From positions 1-60,709 of the forward strand of contig JAZQTV010000015.1 of the NCBI GenBank assembly GCA_045630945.1: a stretch of DNA of 60,709 nt. The letters run 5' to 3'. Shown here piece after piece: positions 50,265 through 55,819 of the stretch. The notes below the pieces were generated by a model, which was given only the letters and a program-made list of their open reading frames with translations, had not been told where the DNA came from and did not search any database. How positions within the stretch are numbered: position 1 is the first letter of the stretch; each line of letters opens with the position of its first letter. The DNA comes from Clostridia bacterium. GTDB taxonomy: Bacteria; Bacillota; Clostridia; Christensenellales; QALW01. The position numbers and the translations under genes are program-made.

Positions 50265-52490
50265 CTATTCTGTTTCAAGCATATTACAACTCTTATATAA
50301 TTCAACGAGTTGGTAGTTTGGTATGTCGATCAATGGTTCGTACATAAAAGCATTAACATGAATGCTTTCTGGAGTAATCAAAAGAACATCACTTATGATG
50401 GCTTTTTCTTCATCTGATAAATGATCATAAGCACGGTTAGCCCACTCGCGAGTTTGGTTGCTTTCACAAATTATATCAATTTCATGATTAATCAAGACAT
50501 GACGCAAAAAGAACTCAGCTTTCAAACGGATAGCTATAGAAAGAATAATTTTGTTTATCAAAGATACTCCTGTTGCATTTTCGTTGCAAATATCATCAGC
50601 CATCTTATAAACTGTATTGACCCATGTGTCTGATGCACAAGAGCATAATAAAAGTTCTAATGAAAACGGCTCTTTGATATGGTTCCAACAATCTTCAATA
50701 GTAATATTGACTGTATTTAACTTCACATGCAACATTCCTGTTAAATAATCTCTTAATGGATTATTTGCAGTGTATTCGCAAATGTTTCTGCAAAAAGGAA
50801 CTGACGAGATAAATGCACGTAGCATGTCTTTATTAGATAAATTGCCCGATCGAATTTTTTCAATAATACCAACATTAAAGAAATCTTTTCTATATTGAAA
50901 AGGAGCCATCGTTATTCTGCCATCAGCCTCCTTTTGCGCAATAAAACACATATTATAGCTTATATTAAGTCTAGAAGAAACGGTTCTGTAAAAATCAAAA
51001 TTATGTGTTAATATTAACAAATCAATCATGTTGTTACTTGATAACTCACTTAAATATTCTATTATTGCATACTTATTTGAATAATCAAATGAATCCGCAA
51101 TATCGTCTGCTACAACCAATTGTTTTTGACCGCTTTTATTTGCTGCATCTTTAATTTTTTCAAGATCAAAAAGAACCTGCAAAAGATATAGGGCATGTTT
51201 TTCGCCTACACTCAAGCATCCCATTAAATCATCTTTTGTTTTTTCTCGTTGCTCTTGACCGCGAACATAATTAAATGAAAGTCGCGCAGGTTCATCATTC
51301 AACATAACCCTTCTCGGGTTTTGGATTTCCACGTTAAAAGGCGCATGAAATCTTTTCTTAAACAATTCTACTACATACTCCCAGTGTTTTCGCTGTTTAT
51401 CAACTTCTTCCAATAGCGCATCAATCTCTTTTTTCTTCGTTTTAATTGAAGCGTTGAGAGTTCTAATATCAAATGATTCTGCATCAAGATATGATATCCA
51501 AATTGCTTTTTTTGTATTAGCCAAATCATTAAGATATTTTATAATTTCCTTATGTTCCTTTATTAAACCTTTTAACACTCGTGCGGCATTATTTCCATTA
51601 ATTAATTTGCTTATGCTATTATGTATACTTGATAATTCAGGCGTATTGTTAATTCGTTCAATTTCTTCATGTACAATCGAATTCCAAGAAGAAATATCGG
51701 AAATAACGGTACCGTCATTCAACAAAAGCTTATGCCTTGCTGAAAACAACCTTGTTTTCTCAATTATTTTTCCAAATTCAACGGCATTGTAATCATCAAA
51801 TTGCAAGCTAAGAAGTTTTGAATCTTTAACTAAATTCCCGTATGTATCAATGTATTGTTGAATTTTTTCTTTAAAAACTAAATCAGCTAATATTTTTTCC
51901 GTATATATATTAAATAATTGATCGTACTTTATTTCCGCCAATTCGCTATGCGGTATAATTTGTGATTCCGCGCCCAATAATGTTTCAATAATTAGTTCCC
52001 AATCGGCATCTATCGTTAATTCGAAGTCTTTGCAAATTTGAATACGAATTTGCTCTTCATCGAATGAAGTATAAGACTTAAAAACACTAATAAAAGAGTC
52101 AATTTCAGAAGAATATGCTCTATGTATAGCATCGTATTTTTGACGTAGCTCATCATCCGCCAATATGGTAGCAACGCTATCAGAATAAGCTTCGAATTTT
52201 TCATCAAAAGAATTAATAACATAAATATTCGGCTGATCATTTTTTCTATATTTAGTGTTTTCTGAATATACAGATGAATAATATTCGACTGTATATGTTG
52301 ATTTTCTCTCAGTAAATATACGATCAATTGGTTTCTTTTTCCTAGATATATCATCTAAAACCTTCGAAAAAGAACTCTTCATAACACCATTAGGAGCATA
52401 TATAATAGCCTTCGAATTATTAGAATCAAATTTAATTTCTTTAATGGTAAAATCCTCTAAGCCGTAACAATTTTTAAAGGTTGCTTTCAT
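50265..52490 (-). CDS. Coiled-coil ABC/SMC-like ATPase of the AAA_13 (RloC/PrrC-like) type with extra C-terminal domain
   Basis: Walker-A-like IIYAPNGVMKSS (aa 29-40). A long helical insert spans aa ~100-400. Signature-like LSVGEKHALYLLQVLF (aa 426-441), Walker B QLVVADDIADSFD (aa 457-469) and LILTHNFDF (aa 492-500) follow. A further ~240 aa C-terminal domain contains RHVLINH. AAGGAG RBS. Confidence 0.7.
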   Translation of the reverse strand: MKATFKNCYGLEDFTIKEIKFDSNNSKAIIYAPNGVMKSSFSKVLDDISRKKKPIDRIFTERKSTYTVEYYSSVYSENTKYRKNDQPNIYVINSFDEKFEAYSDSVATILADDELRQKYDAIHRAYSSEIDSFISVFKSYTSFDEEQIRIQICKDFELTIDADWELIIETLLGAESQIIPHSELAEIKYDQLFNIYTEKILADLVFKEKIQQYIDTYGNLVKDSKLLSLQFDDYNAVEFGKIIEKTRLFSARHKLLLNDGTVISDISSWNSIVHEEIERINNTPELSSIHNSISKLINGNNAARVLKGLIKEHKEIIKYLNDLANTKKAIWISYLDAESFDIRTLNASIKTKKKEIDALLEEVDKQRKHWEYVVELFKKRFHAPFNVEIQNPRRVMLNDEPARLSFNYVRGQEQREKTKDDLMGCLSVGEKHALYLLQVLFDLEKIKDAANKSGQKQLVVADDIADSFDYSNKYAIIEYLSELSSNNMIDLLILTHNFDFYRTVSSRLNISYNMCFIAQKEADGRITMAPFQYRKDFFNVGIIEKIRSGNLSNKDMLRAFISSVPFCRNICEYTANNPLRDYLTGMLHVKLNTVNITIEDCWNHIKEPFSLELLLCSCASDTWVNTVYKMADDICNENATGVSLINKIILSIAIRLKAEFFLRHVLINHEIDIICESNQTREWANRAYDHLSDEEKAIISDVLLITPESIHVNAFMYEPLIDIPNYQLVELYKSCNMLETE

Positions 52491-52550
52491 TTTATTCTCC
52501 TTATAAAAGTTTTAAAAACATGCGATATTCTTATAATTGAACTATTTATA

Positions 52551-52588
52551 ACAAAAGCAACCGGTTTGAATGTGTCAGACCTGTTGCC
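52551..52588 (-). other. Intergenic hairpin between the 4-TM gene and the ATPase gene (attenuator or partial terminator?)
   Basis: Minus strand has GCAACAGG...CCGGTTGC (7 of 8 bp pair) followed by TTTTGTT, in the 110-nt gap. Confidence 0.35.
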
Positions 52589-52600
52589 TAGTTTTAATTT

Positions 52601-53101
52601 TTATTTTGAAATATCGTAAGAACCATCGATATAATTTTCGCCGGTTTGTATAGCTTCGATAAGAGAATTCTTATCAGTCGTAATAGTTCCTTCGCTCGAA
52701 ACTAAAAACAAATTAATTCGATTGTCCAAAACAGCATATGCTTTGCGATAACATTTTTTGTGTTGTTGAGGGTTGATTGCATATCCAAATATAATAAAGG
52801 ATAATGAAACAATAGACAAAAACAACACACATTCTTTGCAAACGTACGGTTCTATAGACAAATAAATTACTGCCGCATTTGCAACAAAAGGTATAATAAC
52901 AAATGCATATTCCGTAAACATCCACAATGTAGCTGCAATAAGCCAAGTACGGGATCTTCCAACTGCCTTCTTTAATAAGAAATCTTTTGCAAGCATATCT
53001 TTGCGTATGTGATTATATCTATTCAATGACAAAAAAATCGCAATTATCCACACAACAAAAAACAAAAATATTACAACCGATATACCAATAATGTATTTCA
53101 T
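52601..53101 (-). CDS. Small polytopic membrane protein (166 aa), no recognised family
   Basis: AAGGA RBS. Hydrophobic helices lie at about aa 5-25, 52-80 (probably two) and 90-112, followed by a soluble ~50-aa tail. It sits directly upstream of the ATPase on the same strand. Confidence 0.6.
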   Translation of the reverse strand: MKYIIGISVVIFLFFVVWIIAIFLSLNRYNHIRKDMLAKDFLLKKAVGRSRTWLIAATLWMFTEYAFVIIPFVANAAVIYLSIEPYVCKECVLFLSIVSLSFIIFGYAINPQQHKKCYRKAYAVLDNRINLFLVSSEGTITTDKNSLIEAIQTGENYIDGSYDISK

Positions 53102-53216
53102 CTTTGTTTTATCCTTTATTCTATACGTTATTTCTTATTAATACAGCGAGAATTATCAATCGTGCCACAAAAAAGGAAACAGGAGAGCTTTTTGCTTGTA
53201 TTATAAATCCCATAAC

Positions 53217-53247
53217 ATTATACCATTTGCGGTATGATAAAGTCAAT
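53217..53247 (-). promoter_or_regulatory. Promoter of the 4-TM/ATPase cassette
   Basis: Minus strand reads TTGACT (53242-53247), 19 nt, TGgTATAAT (extended -10, TATAAT = 53217-53222). Confidence 0.55.
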
Positions 53248-53489
53248 ATTTAAAGCCAAATGTTGACAAAAAACAGGCTTGAGAGTTAACTCTAAGATTG
53301 TTAAACTATTGTTTTTCACCTGTTACCAACACAAAATAAACATAACATTGTATTTCCGTGCTCACTAAGGGATGTTTTTTGTTAAAAAAGATTCATTAGA
53401 GCAGTTGCTTATTCTTTGTAATACATATCATTTAGATATAATACATTTGGATGATATTATAGAGGATTTTTTATTACAAACACATATAT

Positions 53490-53518
53490 AAAAAACAGGC
53501 TTGAATTTCAAACCTGCT
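53490..53518 (-). terminator. Terminator of the Panacea toxin-antitoxin operon
   Basis: Minus strand has CAGGTTTGAA / TTCAAGCCTG stem (one G-U pair) followed by T6, about 70 nt after the stop at 53587. Confidence 0.75.
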
Positions 53519-53586
53519 TGGTATTAAATTACCATATGTTAGTTTATAAAAACGGATGCAAAAACAAATATCTGTAGTTATTGCGT

Positions 53587-54579
53587 TTATTCTAACCTTT
53601 GATGCTTTTCACAAAAATATAGTTTACCATCATGGAATAATTCGTCATCGTAAGGAAAAATATAATTACTATTATTAATCTCAAACTCTATATATGTAAT
53701 GTTTTTACCAGAAGAATCCTCTATAACATCAAAACATCTATACATCCCTGGAGAAATAATATACCTTAAATGGGGATCTTCGCTGCTTTTCATTTCACTA
53801 TATGAAATAAAAAACAGTATAGTCATAAATATAACCACAAACGCACATGTTAATACTTGAATTTTTCTTGCTTTTTTTAGTGTTTTGTTAGCTATATTAT
53901 CACAACTTTGTTGATCGTCTGAAATAACCACGACAGTTGGTTCTTTGTGGAAAAGAACAATGCCAAGAAGAATAACCATGGCAATGATAACCACAAGGTT
54001 TGGAACAATAAAAGCAATAACTGCAGAAGCACCACTTGCGTTGTTCAACCACGCACTTGATGTAGTGGCCACAGATAAAATAATTGTGATAACAGCAGTA
54101 AAAACTCCCATCAACGTAAGAACATGAGTTAAAATAGTGTGTTCTGTATCATTAACTTGGCTTTGAAACTTTTTTACACTTTTCTCAACGACATTAACTT
54201 TTGCCTCAAGTTCATGCTTTTTATCATTATAATCTTTTTGAGTAAATTGAACTTGAGAATCAAGCTTTATCATTTGCTTGCGTAGTTTATTGCCATCAAG
54301 AGAAAATTTAAAAGTATATAGCAATATATCAAGCGTTATATGTAATCTCTTTATCTCTGATTTTTTATCAGATCCATTTAATTCTGCAAATTCATGATTG
54401 TCAACCCTATTTTTTATTAAAGTAACGAACGAATAATATGTTTCCACTCTTTCGATTATATCTATGCCATCTAAACTATGAAGACGTATTTTTTCTAATT
54501 CAGAAAGAACCTCTTTAGTTTCTATGTATGAAAATTTCCTGAGTTCGTTTTCCTTTAATGTATTTAAATTAAGACTCAT
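53587..54579 (-). CDS. Coiled-coil + 3-TM protein (330 aa), candidate Panacea-associated toxin
   Basis: About 150 aa of N-terminal heptad-rich helix, then three hydrophobic helices (HVLTLMGVFTAVITIILSV, AVIAFIVPNLVVIIAMVILLGIVLF, VLTCAFVVIFMTILFFI), then a ~75-aa C-terminal domain. It starts 20 nt after the Panacea gene stop. Confidence 0.6.
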   Translation of the reverse strand: MSLNLNTLKENELRKFSYIETKEVLSELEKIRLHSLDGIDIIERVETYYSFVTLIKNRVDNHEFAELNGSDKKSEIKRLHITLDILLYTFKFSLDGNKLRKQMIKLDSQVQFTQKDYNDKKHELEAKVNVVEKSVKKFQSQVNDTEHTILTHVLTLMGVFTAVITIILSVATTSSAWLNNASGASAVIAFIVPNLVVIIAMVILLGIVLFHKEPTVVVISDDQQSCDNIANKTLKKARKIQVLTCAFVVIFMTILFFISYSEMKSSEDPHLRYIISPGMYRCFDVIEDSSGKNITYIEFEINNSNYIFPYDDELFHDGKLYFCEKHQRLE

Positions 54580-54599
54580 CAGAACCCCTTTTTATTGTT

Positions 54600-55082
54600 T
54601 CAAGACAAGATATTGTTTGTTTTATAGAATTTAAACATATCCTGCTTTGAAATGACTTGGCTATGATTTTCATCGTAGGGATTATATACATTTGCCCAAG
54701 GGCCACCAGCAATATGACTCATCATTACCAAGTCATACGTGTCAATATCAACAGTCTTGTTAAAAATATATTCAATGGCATTTTTCATGTTTTGCTCTAG
54801 CAAAGAATGATTTCCTTCTATTGGAGACATTTCGCCATTTTGATATTGCACAAACATATCATAAACCGAAGGAATTACAGGCCCGCTTGGCCAAGCATAA
54901 AACTCATCATTGAACATCGATTTACCATGGTTATCTTGCATGAATTTCGCATCACTAAAATATAATAATTTTTGAAGACGTTTACATGTCATCGAGATTC
55001 TTTCACTATATAACTTTCCTTCATTATATTTGTTAGTTAATTCTATAATAAGGTTTGCAGCAGCAGTACACATAACTGTCAT
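54600..55082 (-). CDS. Panacea (DUF4065, SocA/GepA-like) domain antitoxin
   Basis: ISMTCKRLQKLLYFSDAKFM...FNDEFYAWPSGPVIPSVYDMF...MMSHIAGGPW follows the DUF4065 pattern (KLQKLLYY...F.AW.YGPV.P.VY...SH...PW). GGAGG lies 7 nt before the ATG at 55082; the track start at 55085 is a TTG. Confidence 0.8.
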   Translation of the reverse strand: MTVMCTAAANLIIELTNKYNEGKLYSERISMTCKRLQKLLYFSDAKFMQDNHGKSMFNDEFYAWPSGPVIPSVYDMFVQYQNGEMSPIEGNHSLLEQNMKNAIEYIFNKTVDIDTYDLVMMSHIAGGPWANVYNPYDENHSQVISKQDMFKFYKTNNILS

Positions 55083-55338
55083 CAAGATACCTCCACTTAA
55101 TTAAAGTTTGGCTATAATATAGTATGCAGGTATTCAATCCCGCTATACAAAGCAAACTAAAATTAATAAGGTAACATCCTCCTTTCGTTTTTAAAAAAGT
55201 TAGCTAAAACAACGAAGCTCGCAACACTATCGAGTAACGTGGGTTAAAAAACATCACTTCAACAGGTATTTACAATAATGCACCTATCGTCCAAAATAGA
55301 GGCATTCTACTATTAATCGAATTTTCTGTCAATATATT

Positions 55339-55394
55339 TGTAAACAAGTTTACATATCAACAAGTAAATATGTTTACTTGTAAACATATTTACA
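55339..55394. promoter_or_regulatory. Three adjacent palindromes sharing a GTAAA(C)/(G)TTTAC core (operator array or leader hairpins)
   Basis: TGTAAAC-aa-GTTTACA (55339-55354), CAAGTAAA-tatg-TTTACTTG (55361-55380) and TGTAAA-cata-TTTACA (55379-55394). All arms are perfect. They lie immediately downstream of the promoter at 55408-55436. Confidence 0.6.
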
Positions 55395-55407
55395 ACAATT
55401 TTATGAT

Positions 55408-55436
55408 ATTATACCACACACGGTACTTGTGGTCAA
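55408..55436 (-). promoter_or_regulatory. Strong consensus-like promoter reading toward the Panacea operon
   Basis: Minus strand reads TTGACC (55431-55436), 17 nt, TGgTATAAT (TATAAT = 55408-55413). Confidence 0.6.
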
Positions 55437-55454
55437 GAGCAAAAGGGCATATTG

Positions 55455-55486
55455 TAAAAAAATAAGAGGGGGAGCATTGCTCCCCT
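55455..55486 (-). terminator. Terminator after the orphan-toxin immunity gene
   Basis: GGGGAGC / GCTCCCC stem, followed on the minus strand by a T-rich run (CTTATTTTTTT). Confidence 0.7.
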
Positions 55487-55555
55487 AAAATAATTAATTA
55501 TGATTAAAGTACTTGAGTGCGGCTCAAGTTGAACAAGTTACCGTTCCCTGGGGTG

Positions 55556-55813
55556 TTATTTTCTTTTCACAATGATAAGCTCTGCCGAATTATCATCTAA
55601 AGAATTATACTCATCAAGATGAATGTGTTTAAATTCCGGTACGTTTTCTTGAGCTAACTCCAACAAATGTCTTGCTAATGAAATCAATCCCCCGCTATCA
55701 GCTTCAATTATCACACTATTATTATCAATTGAACATTTTATTGAAAAATCATCCTCCCATACAAACAAAAAATTTTTTCCATCGTATTTAGGTACAAATA
55801 TATCCATTTGCAT
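55556..55813 (-). CDS. Small immunity protein for the orphan Rhs toxin tip (possibly Imm32-like)
   Basis: 85-aa acidic ORF starting 6-12 nt after the toxin stop, with a GAGAGG RBS. The position is typical of cognate immunity genes. The family resemblance is from memory only. Confidence 0.65.
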   Translation of the reverse strand: MQMDIFVPKYDGKNFLFVWEDDFSIKCSIDNNSVIIEADSGGLISLARHLLELAQENVPEFKHIHLDEYNSLDDNSAELIIVKRK

Positions 55814-55819
55814 TACCTC

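Noticed and set aside
53372-53491. 39-codon plus-strand ORF between the two island cassettes as a real gene
   Set aside because: The Shine-Dalgarno-like AGGG is only 1 nt from the ATG and I recognise no homology. It is kept only as a low-interest note.
55086-55330. Mini-ORFs in the Panacea operon leader (for example 11-aa and 16-aa minus-strand ORFs, and AGGAGG directly fused to an ATG giving MLPY)
   Set aside because: They lack a properly spaced RBS and are too short to support as coding. The leader is more likely regulatory RNA.
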